A DNA stretch of 44,007 nt, from positions 1 to 44,007 of IMG/VR virus record IMGVR_UViG_3300014885_000001; one strand, written 5' to 3'. This DNA comes from a virus (Duplodnaviria > Caudoviricetes). The notes beneath the pieces were generated by a model that had not been told where the DNA came from, searched no databases, and saw nothing but the letters and a program-made list of their open reading frames with translations. The translations under genes and the position numbers were made by a program. Below, piece after piece: positions 1 through 7,386 of this stretch. How positions within the stretch are numbered: position 1 is the stretch's first letter; each line of letters begins with the position of its first letter.

Positions 1-118
1 GAGGCCCTGTGCGCGAAGCACTCCGGTAAATTCGATTGGCGTTTCGCCGCCAAACTACTTTCACCCCAAGGACAGGCGGAGTACAACCGCGTGACCGGCC
101 TCGCGTGGGCGGAGTACA
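1..118. repeat. 118-bp exact terminal repeat (copy 1); circular assembly overlap
   Basis: 1-118 is identical to 43890-44007 (gaggccctgt...ggagtaca), and an ORF runs through the junction in frame. Confidence 0.95.
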
Positions 119-471
119 GCCGCGTGCGCGGCCCCGCGTGGGCGGAGTACGACCGCGTGACCGGCCTCGCGTGGGCGGAGTACAACCGCGTGCGCGGCCT
201 CGCGTTGGCGGAGTACGACCGCGTGACCGGCCTCGCGTGGGCGGAGTACAACCGCGTGACCGGCCTCGCGCGGACGGAGTACAACCGCGTGAACGGCCCC
301 GCGCGGGCGGAGTACGAGCGCGCGTGCGGCCTCGCGTGGGCGGAGTACGACCGCGTGACCGGCCCCGCGTGGGCGGAGTACAACCGCGTGAACGGCCCCG
401 CGCGGGCGGAGTACGAGCGCGCGTGCGGCCTCGCGTGGGCTCGCCTGTACATTGCGGAGGGTAGAAAATGA
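1..471 (+). CDS. C-terminal part of junction-spanning protein with 11 x 11-aa AEY(N/D/S/E)RVxG(L/P)AW repeats
   Basis: Frame 1 is open to TGA at 469-471, which overlaps the next ATG (ATGA at 468). Confidence 0.85.
   Translation, partial: EALCAKHSGKFDWRFAAKLLSPQGQAEYNRVTGLAWAEYSRVRGPAWAEYDRVTGLAWAEYNRVRGLALAEYDRVTGLAWAEYNRVTGLARTEYNRVNGPARAEYERACGLAWAEYDRVTGPAWAEYNRVNGPARAEYERACGLAWARLYIAEGRK
76..438 (+). repeat. 33-bp coding tandem repeat, 11 copies
   Basis: Unit gcggagtac-(aac/gac/agc/gag)-cgc-gYg-nnc-ggc-cYc-gcg-(tgg/cgg/ttg), read directly from the sequence. Confidence 0.95.
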
Positions 472-683
472 GACTGTACTATCTGCTTCTCGCCTTGGCG
501 CTCGTCGGCTGCACGCCGAGCGACCCTACCGCGAGCATTCGGCCCGCCCAAATCGAGTACGTAGTTGCCGGCTACGGCGTAAGTGAGTTCCGGCTCATGG
601 ACGGCACCCGCTGCGTCAAGAGCGGATCGGCGCTGACGTGCGAGTGGCAGCGCCCGGCCGTTCTCGTGCCGAGGGTAGAATGA
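468..683 (+). CDS. small lipoprotein (possible superinfection-exclusion type)
   Basis: Signal peptide MRLYYLLLALA with lipobox LVG-C; two further Cys; coupled ATGA overlaps on both sides. The exclusion function is a guess. Confidence 0.7.
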   Translation: MRLYYLLLALALVGCTPSDPTASIRPAQIEYVVAGYGVSEFRLMDGTRCVKSGSALTCEWQRPAVLVPRVE

Positions 684-1861
684 GCGGCACCCACTCAATC
701 CTTTCGCCCAGCAAGGGCGCCATGATCCTGCGCTGCGCGGCGGCTCTCGCCGCCGGCAAGAATGCGCCGAACCCGTCAAGTGAGTACGCGGCCGAAGGGA
801 CGGCGTACCACGAAGTTTCAGCGCTCGCACTCGGGACCAACCGAGAGTGCAGTAGTTGGGTCGGCCAAACGCTAGAGGCGGACGGCTTCAAATTCGCGAT
901 CGACGAGGAGAACGCCGCCCAGGCGCAAAAATACGTTGATCGGATTCGATCTATCCCCGGAGCCCAGTACTACGAAGTGCGCCTGGATACCTCAGAAGTT
1001 GTCGGCGTTCCCGGACAGAGCGGCACTGGCGACGCGGTTGTACTCGACTTCGAGCACGACACCATCCACGTCGATGATCTCAAGTTCGGCCGGGGTGAAG
1101 TCGTCTTCGCCGAAAAGAACGAGCAGCTGATTCAGTATGGCGCCGCGGCGTTGCGCAAGTTCGCGCTCTCGCACGATTGGACGTTTGTCAAGCTCGGCAT
1201 CCACCAACCTCGCATCAACCACTACAGCGAACACACCTACACCGTGGGCGAGATAGAGGCGTGGGTGGCCGAGAACAAACCGCGCTTCCAGCGCGCGTTC
1301 GCGTTGCACGAAGACCCTGCAAAAGTCACCGCGGGTGACTATTCGCCGGGTGAGAAGCAGTGCCGGTGGTGTCCGATACGGGGCAAGTGTGCAGCGCGGG
1401 CGAACGAATTCCTGACGCAGTTCCCTGTTTCGCCGCCTTCACCGAGCACAGCTACGGTGCTGTCGGATGAAGCGCTCGCCGCCGCGCGCGACCGCGTGGA
1501 CGCCATCGAGCAGTGGTGCAGCGACATCAAGGCCGAAGCGCACACGCGCGGCGTCCTGTTAGGCCGCACGCTGCCTGGCTGGAAGGTCGTCAACGGGCGC
1601 GCGGGCAACCGCAAGTTTGACGATGCGCTACTCGCGGAGTCGACAATGGTGGCCGACATCGGCGAAGGCGCGTACAAGCCTAGGGCGATCATCACGCCGG
1701 CCGAGGCCGAGAAACAGTACAAGAAAGCGAAGAAGGACTTTGCTCCGCTCATTCCGAACATCTCGCAGGCCGAGGGCGCGAAGTCTCTGGTACGCGATGA
1801 CTCGCCCAAGCAGGCCGTCGTGAGCAGCATGACGGAGTTTCCGCTACAGGTGCCGGCCTGA
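680..1861 (+). CDS. DUF2800 family PD-(D/E)xK Cas4-like exonuclease
   Basis: HSILSPS...C, AAEGTAYH, E-x-x-L, GTGD, DLKFGRG, NEQLIQY, IHQPR, CRWCPIRGKC motifs; start ATG 680. Confidence 0.9.
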   Translation: MSGTHSILSPSKGAMILRCAAALAAGKNAPNPSSEYAAEGTAYHEVSALALGTNRECSSWVGQTLEADGFKFAIDEENAAQAQKYVDRIRSIPGAQYYEVRLDTSEVVGVPGQSGTGDAVVLDFEHDTIHVDDLKFGRGEVVFAEKNEQLIQYGAAALRKFALSHDWTFVKLGIHQPRINHYSEHTYTVGEIEAWVAENKPRFQRAFALHEDPAKVTAGDYSPGEKQCRWCPIRGKCAARANEFLTQFPVSPPSPSTATVLSDEALAAARDRVDAIEQWCSDIKAEAHTRGVLLGRTLPGWKVVNGRAGNRKFDDALLAESTMVADIGEGAYKPRAIITPAEAEKQYKKAKKDFAPLIPNISQAEGAKSLVRDDSPKQAVVSSMTEFPLQVPA

Positions 1862-2046
1862 TGCAATCCGCCGGCTGCCAAGGCAAACGCCAGTTCCTGA
1901 CTTTCACCGAGGCAAAGGGCGCGGCGAAGAATGCCGCGCGGCGCAACGACAGCCCGATGCGCCCGTATATGTGCAGGCACTGCCACAAGTTTCACATCGG
2001 GAACACGCCGCCGGTTGACGCGCGACGCCGTCCCGATGTAGCCTGA
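1861..2046 (+). CDS. small Zn-binding hypothetical protein
   Basis: C-x-GK..F....A and YxCxxCxxFH pattern common in phage small ORFs; start overlaps the upstream stop. Confidence 0.7.
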   Translation: MQSAGCQGKRQFLTFTEAKGAAKNAARRNDSPMRPYMCRHCHKFHIGNTPPVDARRRPDVA

Positions 2047-2080
2047 CGCCGCATTTTCTAACCACTGACCCGAAGGACTT

Positions 2081-2806
2081 ATGAACGCTCAAACTTCTCC
2101 AACCAGCAAAACAATCGTCGTGCCCGACGTGCTGTTCAGCTACCTCTACACCGCGCAGCCGCAGGAAAACAAAGACCCCAAGACAGGCAAAGTCAGCAAG
2201 TCGTACTGCGTCGACGGCGTGTTCGCCGCCGCCCACCCGGCCTTCAAGCTGATCCGCGAAACCATGCGCGAAGTCGCCAAGAACGCATGGGGCGAAGCGC
2301 CGACGCAGTTCCCGTACGGCCCGGCAGATCCGAACACGGGTCAGATGTCGATGGTCACGCTCCCCAACTGGGAAGGCGTGCTCAAGGGTCTTTCGCTCGA
2401 GAACCGCATCCCGCTGCGTGATGGCAACCGTCGCACCAAGCAGGAGGAGCCCTACACCGGCAACTTCTACCTAGCGGCGCGCTCATCGCGGCAGCCCTCT
2501 GTCGCCGTCACTCGCGGCGGAGTCAACGTCCTGATAGACCCGAGCGACCCGCAGTACCCGTATTCGGGTGCCCGCGGCAACCTCATTGTCGACATCTGGG
2601 TGCAGGGCACCAACAACAAGCCGTCTCCGTACGGCCGCCGCATCAACTGCCAGCTCACCGGAGTTCAGTTCCTGGCGCACGGCACGCGGTTCGGTGGCGG
2701 CAGTCGGGTTGCTTCGATCGCCGAGTTCGGTATCTGCCCGGCGGATGCCGATGCGCCGATGCCCGGAGCTGCGGCAGCGCAGTCCGGCGCGGAGTCGCTG
2801 GTCTAG
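2081..2806 (+). CDS. DUF2815 family ssDNA-binding protein
   Basis: FSY, PLRDGN, YSG, INCQLTGVQFLAHGTRFGGG motifs; canonical position between DUF2800 and PolA; AGGA RBS. Confidence 0.85.
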   Translation: MNAQTSPTSKTIVVPDVLFSYLYTAQPQENKDPKTGKVSKSYCVDGVFAAAHPAFKLIRETMREVAKNAWGEAPTQFPYGPADPNTGQMSMVTLPNWEGVLKGLSLENRIPLRDGNRRTKQEEPYTGNFYLAARSSRQPSVAVTRGGVNVLIDPSDPQYPYSGARGNLIVDIWVQGTNNKPSPYGRRINCQLTGVQFLAHGTRFGGGSRVASIAEFGICPADADAPMPGAAAAQSGAESLV

Positions 2807-2812
2807 TCGATA

Positions 2813-2934
2813 GCCCTCCTCACTTCTAGCCCCACTTTGAAGAACGGGGACTAATTTAAGAGGAGGGCGCTTTGTGGAACCCCTACGCTAGCAATCGCGG
2901 TTCGTACACCCGCGGTGGGGGCTCCACAAAGCGC
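2813..2934 (+). ncRNA. two abutting long hairpins (structured RNA or terminator region)
   Basis: gccctcctc(2813-21)/gaggagggc(2860-68) with inner tagcccc/ggggacta; gcgctttgtgga(2867-78)/tccacaaagcgc(2923-34) extended by cccctac/gtggggg. Confidence 0.55.
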
Positions 2935-3001
2935 GCATCGTCCAATTGGCAGGATCGAGGATTGTATCCACGAGATGCGGGTTCGACTCCCGCTACGCGC
3001 C
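2931..3001 (+). tRNA. degenerate tRNA-like element (pseudo-tRNA; anticodon ambiguous TGT/GTA)
   Basis: Acceptor GCGCGCA/TACGCGC (1 mismatch), D-arm GTCC-AATTGGCA-GGAT, perfect T-arm GCGGG-TTCGACT-CCCGC; imperfect anticodon arm; no encoded CCA. Confidence 0.6.
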
Positions 3002-3020
3002 CTAACTACAGGAGACTTCA

Positions 3021-3251
3021 GTGTCCACCGTCAAACTACTCAACAAGAACGCGACGCGCGGGGCCGCTGATCGTCGCAAGCAGGCCGTGCAGGAGCTGCG
3101 CCGCATGGCGCGCGCCTTCGCGCCGGGAACGCACGGGCGCTTCCGCGTCGAGTCGCTGGCTCAAGTCCTCGATGAACTGCGGCGAGATCCGCGCTTTACC
3201 GGAGCGCAGAAAGACGCGAAATTCAAGTCGCTGTTGAATCGGGCGCGCTGA
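3021..3251 (+). CDS. hypothetical basic protein
   Basis: AGGAG RBS before GTG; abuts the polymerase gene. Confidence 0.7.
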   Translation: MSTVKLLNKNATRGAADRRKQAVQELRRMARAFAPGTHGRFRVESLAQVLDELRRDPRFTGAQKDAKFKSLLNRAR

Positions 3252-5447
3252 GTGTTCTGCTTTTACGACGTGGAAACGCGCAGTCCGACGCCCATCCAGC
3301 GCGGCACTGACGCCTATTTCAACGGCGCGGAGTTCTTGATCGCCAACTTCGCGCGTGACGAGGCTAAGCCGCAGTTGTGGGACCGCGTCAACGGCCAGCC
3401 CGTGCCGCCGGATCTCGCCGACGCCATTGCCGACCCTGAGTGCATCTTCATTGCGCACAATGCGCCGTTCGACAAGGCCGGCTCGCAGCGCCTAGCTAAT
3501 GTAATGATCCCCATTACACGCTGGCGCTGCTCAATGTCAGCCGCGATGAGTCATGGCTACCCCGGCGGCCTCGAAGCCCTCGGCGACGTGCTTGAGCTGC
3601 CGGAGAACCTGAAGAAGCTGCATACCGGCAAGAATCTGATCCAGATGTTCTGCGTGCCGCACAACGAGCGGGGCGACTACTTCACGGCAAAGACGCACCC
3701 GGCCGACTGGGACGACTTCTGCATCTATGGTGACCGAGACACGGTGGCGCTGCGCGAAATCTGGAAGCGTTTACCTAAGCACAATTACGCTGGCCTGAAT
3801 CTGGAAACATGGTTCATCGACCAGCTCATCAACGAGCGCGGCTTCGGCTTCGACCAGGAACTCGCCCGCGCGGCGATGATCCTGCTCGATTCTGCCAAGG
3901 GCAAGCACGAAAAGGAAATGCGCGCGGCGACGCAGGACGAAGTCCACGCCGCCACCCAGCGCGCCAAACTCAAAGCGTACTTGGAGCGGCAGGGCCTGCA
4001 ACTGCCGAACATGCGCGCATCCACCATATCGGAGTGGTTAGAACATGACGACCTTAGTCCCGAGTTACGTTTTCTGCTCGAAGCTCGCCTTGAAGCGTCA
4101 AAAAGCTCGGGAGCGAAGTACCGACGAGGGCTTGAGATGGTCGGCGAAGGCTCGCGTATACGTTACGGCATTCGGTTCAGCGGAGCAGGACGCACTGGTC
4201 GCTTCTCTGGCCGCGGATTCCAGCCTCACAATATGCAGCGTCCCACTACCTACCACCTCAAGCCCGACGGTGGTCGATCTAAGAAGCCGGTCAAAGCCGA
4301 CTTTATCCTTGGAACTCTCGTCCCCGGCATCAAAGCCGGAAAGGTGTTGAACAATGACCTCACGTACGGCGGCCCAAACGAAGCGTGTGCAAATGCACTC
4401 CGCTGCGCGATTGTCGCGGCTCCAGGGAATGAACTGGTCGTTGCCGACTGGTCGAACATCGAAAGCCGCGTTCTTGCATGGATTGCTGATGAAACCTGGA
4501 AGCTGGACGCTTACCGTGCGCTGGATCGGGGGGAAGGTGAGGATCTTTACAAACTTCTCTTCTCGCAATTCTTCGGCAAGCCTATCGAAAGCGTTGACGA
4601 TCAAGAACGTCAATCGGGAAAAGTTAGCGAGCTTGCGTTCGGATTTGGTGGCGGTGTTGGTGCGCTCGTTACAATGGCCGCCGTCTACGAAATGGACCTT
4701 GACTCTCTTGCCGAGCACGTCCTCAAGCATGCGACGCCCGAGCGCCTCAAGAAAGCCCGCAAAGCGTGGAAGCGCGCCTTCCTCACGGGCGACGACTTCG
4801 AGCTCGCCCCACGCACCTATCAGGCATGCGATGTTCTCAAGCAAGCATATCGCGCGTCGAACGTCGCGATAGACAAGCTGCGCCATGCGCTGAACGATGC
4901 TACGATCGGCTCGCTTCGGCAGCCGGGCTCAAGCTACAGCGTCGGCAAGTGCCAAGTCTGGGCGACGGGCAGCTTCCTCATCATCCAGTTGCCGAGCGGG
5001 CGCCGCCTGCTCTACGCAAAGCCGAAGCTGGAATACGAACAAATTCTCGACCCTGAAACACAGGAGATGCAGCAACGTGAGTACATCACCTACCTTACAG
5101 CCCGAGGAAAAGGCTGGACCCGCGAGCGCGCGTGGAGCGGACTCTTCATCGAGAACATCGTTCAGTCGATTGCTGCTGACGTGCTCCGCGCCGGACTGCG
5201 CGCCGTGCATTCCGATAGCCTCGGAATCCCGGCGATTCGCGGTTATCTCCAACTCGTCGAAGGTGCAGAGACTGCTATTTCGCTTCACGTTCACGACGAG
5301 ATTGTTCTGGATGTACCACGCGGCACTTACCCCGTTGCGCGCCTGGTTTCTAAAATCACGAATGAATTGGTAGCCTCAACCCCCTGGAGTCGCGGGCTAC
5401 CGCTCGCGGCGAAAGGGTGGGCGGGGCCTATCTACAAGAAGGACTGA
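3252..5447 (+). CDS. polA: family A DNA polymerase with 3'-5' exonuclease
   Basis: ExoI DVET, ExoII HNAPFD, ExoIII YGDRD; TGRFSG; motif A DWSNIE; motif B RQSGKVSELAFGFG; motif C HVHDE. Confidence 0.95.
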   Translation: MFCFYDVETRSPTPIQRGTDAYFNGAEFLIANFARDEAKPQLWDRVNGQPVPPDLADAIADPECIFIAHNAPFDKAGSQRLANVMIPITRWRCSMSAAMSHGYPGGLEALGDVLELPENLKKLHTGKNLIQMFCVPHNERGDYFTAKTHPADWDDFCIYGDRDTVALREIWKRLPKHNYAGLNLETWFIDQLINERGFGFDQELARAAMILLDSAKGKHEKEMRAATQDEVHAATQRAKLKAYLERQGLQLPNMRASTISEWLEHDDLSPELRFLLEARLEASKSSGAKYRRGLEMVGEGSRIRYGIRFSGAGRTGRFSGRGFQPHNMQRPTTYHLKPDGGRSKKPVKADFILGTLVPGIKAGKVLNNDLTYGGPNEACANALRCAIVAAPGNELVVADWSNIESRVLAWIADETWKLDAYRALDRGEGEDLYKLLFSQFFGKPIESVDDQERQSGKVSELAFGFGGGVGALVTMAAVYEMDLDSLAEHVLKHATPERLKKARKAWKRAFLTGDDFELAPRTYQACDVLKQAYRASNVAIDKLRHALNDATIGSLRQPGSSYSVGKCQVWATGSFLIIQLPSGRRLLYAKPKLEYEQILDPETQEMQQREYITYLTARGKGWTRERAWSGLFIENIVQSIAADVLRAGLRAVHSDSLGIPAIRGYLQLVEGAETAISLHVHDEIVLDVPRGTYPVARLVSKITNELVASTPWSRGLPLAAKGWAGPIYKKD

Positions 5448-5450
5448 CCA

Positions 5451-5585
5451 ATGATCCGCAAGATTGCGTGTTTCTTCGGCTTCCACCGCTTCGGGCCGTG
5501 GGTTACAGACGGGCCCTATCGGCAGATCAAGTTTTGCAGCGACAAGCGCTGCAACTTGGGCAAGTCGCGCTGGTACAGCTGCTAG
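5451..5585 (+). CDS. 44-aa Cys/His small protein (DUF1660-like), absent from the ORF track
   Basis: My translation MIRKIACFFGFHRFGPWVTDGPYRQIKFCSDKRCNLGKSRWYSC fills the gap between pol and VRR-NUC. Confidence 0.6.
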   Translation: MIRKIACFFGFHRFGPWVTDGPYRQIKFCSDKRCNLGKSRWYSC

Positions 5586-5587
5586 CC

Positions 5588-5965
5588 ATGAAAGAGTCAA
5601 CCGTCGAAGACCACCTCGTCGAGCAAGTCGAAAAGCGCGGCGGCTTCTGCCCGAAGACCGTCTGGCTTGGCCGGCGAGGCTGCCCGGATCGCGAAGTCGT
5701 GTGGCCGTGGGGCCTCATCGACAAGGTCGAGACTAAGCGCCCCAAGGGCGGCAAGTACGAGGCGGGGCAGGAGAACGCGCACAAGGAGTACGCCAAGCGC
5801 GGCGTGCCGGTCTATCTACTGAATACGAAGGGTAAGGTGCTCGAATACGTGCGCGCTCGTGTAGCGCGCAGGCACGAGCCTTTCTTGTGGTCAGTGCTGC
5901 CTGTGAAAGACAAGCTAGTTCTCGTGGACCGCGGCGACGGCTTGGAAGTAGCGGGCTGCGAGTGA
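5588..5965 (+). CDS. VRR-NUC domain nuclease
   Basis: MKESTVE...GG...K...GRRGCPDR...VETKRPKGG...Q pattern; adjacent to SNF2 helicase. Confidence 0.85.
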   Translation: MKESTVEDHLVEQVEKRGGFCPKTVWLGRRGCPDREVVWPWGLIDKVETKRPKGGKYEAGQENAHKEYAKRGVPVYLLNTKGKVLEYVRARVARRHEPFLWSVLPVKDKLVLVDRGDGLEVAGCE

Positions 5966-7386
5966 CAGCGCCGATCCCCTACACCCCGCGCGAGTATCAA
6001 AAGATCGCGCGCCGCTTCCTGCTGGATACGCCGCGCTGCAACCTCTGGGCAGTTCCGGGGCTTGGGAAAAGCGCTATTTCATACTCTGCGCTCGACATCC
6101 TTATGCTGATGGGCTCTAACTTCTTCCCAGCGCTCATCATCGCCCCGAAGAAGGTGTGCGAGCTGACGTGGCCCGCCGAGCAGAAGAAGTGGGCCGACTT
6201 CGCGGGGCTCAAGGTGGTGCAGATCCTCGGTGAAGCGGACGTGCGGGACGATGCCCTGATGACCAAGGGCGACGTCTACGTAATCAACTACGACAACGTG
6301 CCGTGGCTCACCGAACGCCTGAAGCGCAAGAAGTGGCCTTTCAAAATAGTGATCGCTGACGAAGCCCGGCGCCTAGCGGGCTTTCGCGGCGAATGGCGCG
6401 TGAACGAGCATGGCACTCGGTGGCTGCAAACTCACGGCGCGGGCGGCGTACGCTCGAAGGCGCTGGCCCACGTCGCCGAGCACGTCGGGCGCTGGATCAA
6501 TCTCACCGGCACGCCCGCCACGAACGGGCTCAAGGATCTCTGGGGCCAGAACTGGTTCTGCGACTTCGGAGAGCGCCTGGGCAACTCCTACGGCGACTAC
6601 ATGAAGCGCTGGTTCCACGAGAACCCGTACAGCAAGGTCGTCGAATTGCGCCACCCATCTTGCGAGCACGAGATTTACGACAAGCTGAAAGACGTATCGC
6701 TCGCCCTGCGCGCCGAGGATTGGTTCGATATCAAGCAGCCGCTCGTCATGCGCCGCGAGGTGGAGCTGCCGCCCGCTGCCCGTACATTGTACGACACGAT
6801 GGAGCGGGACTTCTTCGTCCAGATCGGCGAGAAAGAGATCAACGCGGTGAACGCTGCGGTGCTGTCCAGCAAGCTGCTACAGATTGCAAGCGGGGCGGTG
6901 TACGGCGCTGAGAAGAGTGTGAGCCACATCCACGACGCCAAGATCGAGGAGCTGCGCAGCATTATCAATGAGCTAGGGGAGCCCCTGTTAGTGGCGTACT
7001 GGTTCAAATTCGAGATTCCAATGCTCAAGAAGGCGTTCCCGGAATTTCGCGTTTTCACGGGGCAGGCTGAGGAGGATGCGTGGAACAAAGGTAAAATCCA
7101 GCTTCTCGGCGTGCATCCAGCTAGCGCAGGTCACGGAACTAATCTACAGTACGGCGGCCGAGCGATAGCCCATTTCACCCACACTTGGGATCTGGAATTG
7201 AAAATGCAGGTCAATGAGCGCAATGGCCCGACGCGCCAGATCCAGGCGGGTTTCGATCGCAACGTGCTGCAATTCGAGCTTTGCGCGAAGGACACGATGG
7301 ACGAAGACGTGCTCGCGCGCCAAGCTACCAAGATGTCGATTCAGGATGCGTTGATGGCGGCGCGAGCGCACAGGAGTGCGGCTTGA
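5962..7386 (+). CDS. SNF2-family (SF2) helicase
   Basis: PREYQ, PGLGKS (Walker A), IADEA (DExH variant), LTGTP, HPASAGHGTNLQ motifs; GTG start at 5962. Confidence 0.9.
   Translation: MTAPIPYTPREYQKIARRFLLDTPRCNLWAVPGLGKSAISYSALDILMLMGSNFFPALIIAPKKVCELTWPAEQKKWADFAGLKVVQILGEADVRDDALMTKGDVYVINYDNVPWLTERLKRKKWPFKIVIADEARRLAGFRGEWRVNEHGTRWLQTHGAGGVRSKALAHVAEHVGRWINLTGTPATNGLKDLWGQNWFCDFGERLGNSYGDYMKRWFHENPYSKVVELRHPSCEHEIYDKLKDVSLALRAEDWFDIKQPLVMRREVELPPAARTLYDTMERDFFVQIGEKEINAVNAAVLSSKLLQIASGAVYGAEKSVSHIHDAKIEELRSIINELGEPLLVAYWFKFEIPMLKKAFPEFRVFTGQAEEDAWNKGKIQLLGVHPASAGHGTNLQYGGRAIAHFTHTWDLELKMQVNERNGPTRQIQAGFDRNVLQFELCAKDTMDEDVLARQATKMSIQDALMAARAHRSAA

Noticed and set aside
1-118. Biological direct terminal repeat
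   Set aside because: It falls in the middle of a gene and ends inside a tandem repeat, which fits an assembler circular overlap better; true termini cannot be determined without reads
76-438. CRISPR array or DGR template/variable repeat
   Set aside because: Units are contiguous 33-mers with no unique spacers and keep a reading frame; variation is not adenine-specific; no reverse transcriptase or cas operon is present
36-464. Arg/Gly/Pro-rich 142-aa ORF (GGVQPRDRPRV repeats)
   Set aside because: Alternative frame of the repeat array; the AEY frame has the RBS, ATG, upstream promoter and stop/start coupling to the next gene
680-1861. CRISPR-associated Cas4
   Set aside because: The DUF2800-SSB-PolA context is a standard phage replication module; no cas1 or array is present
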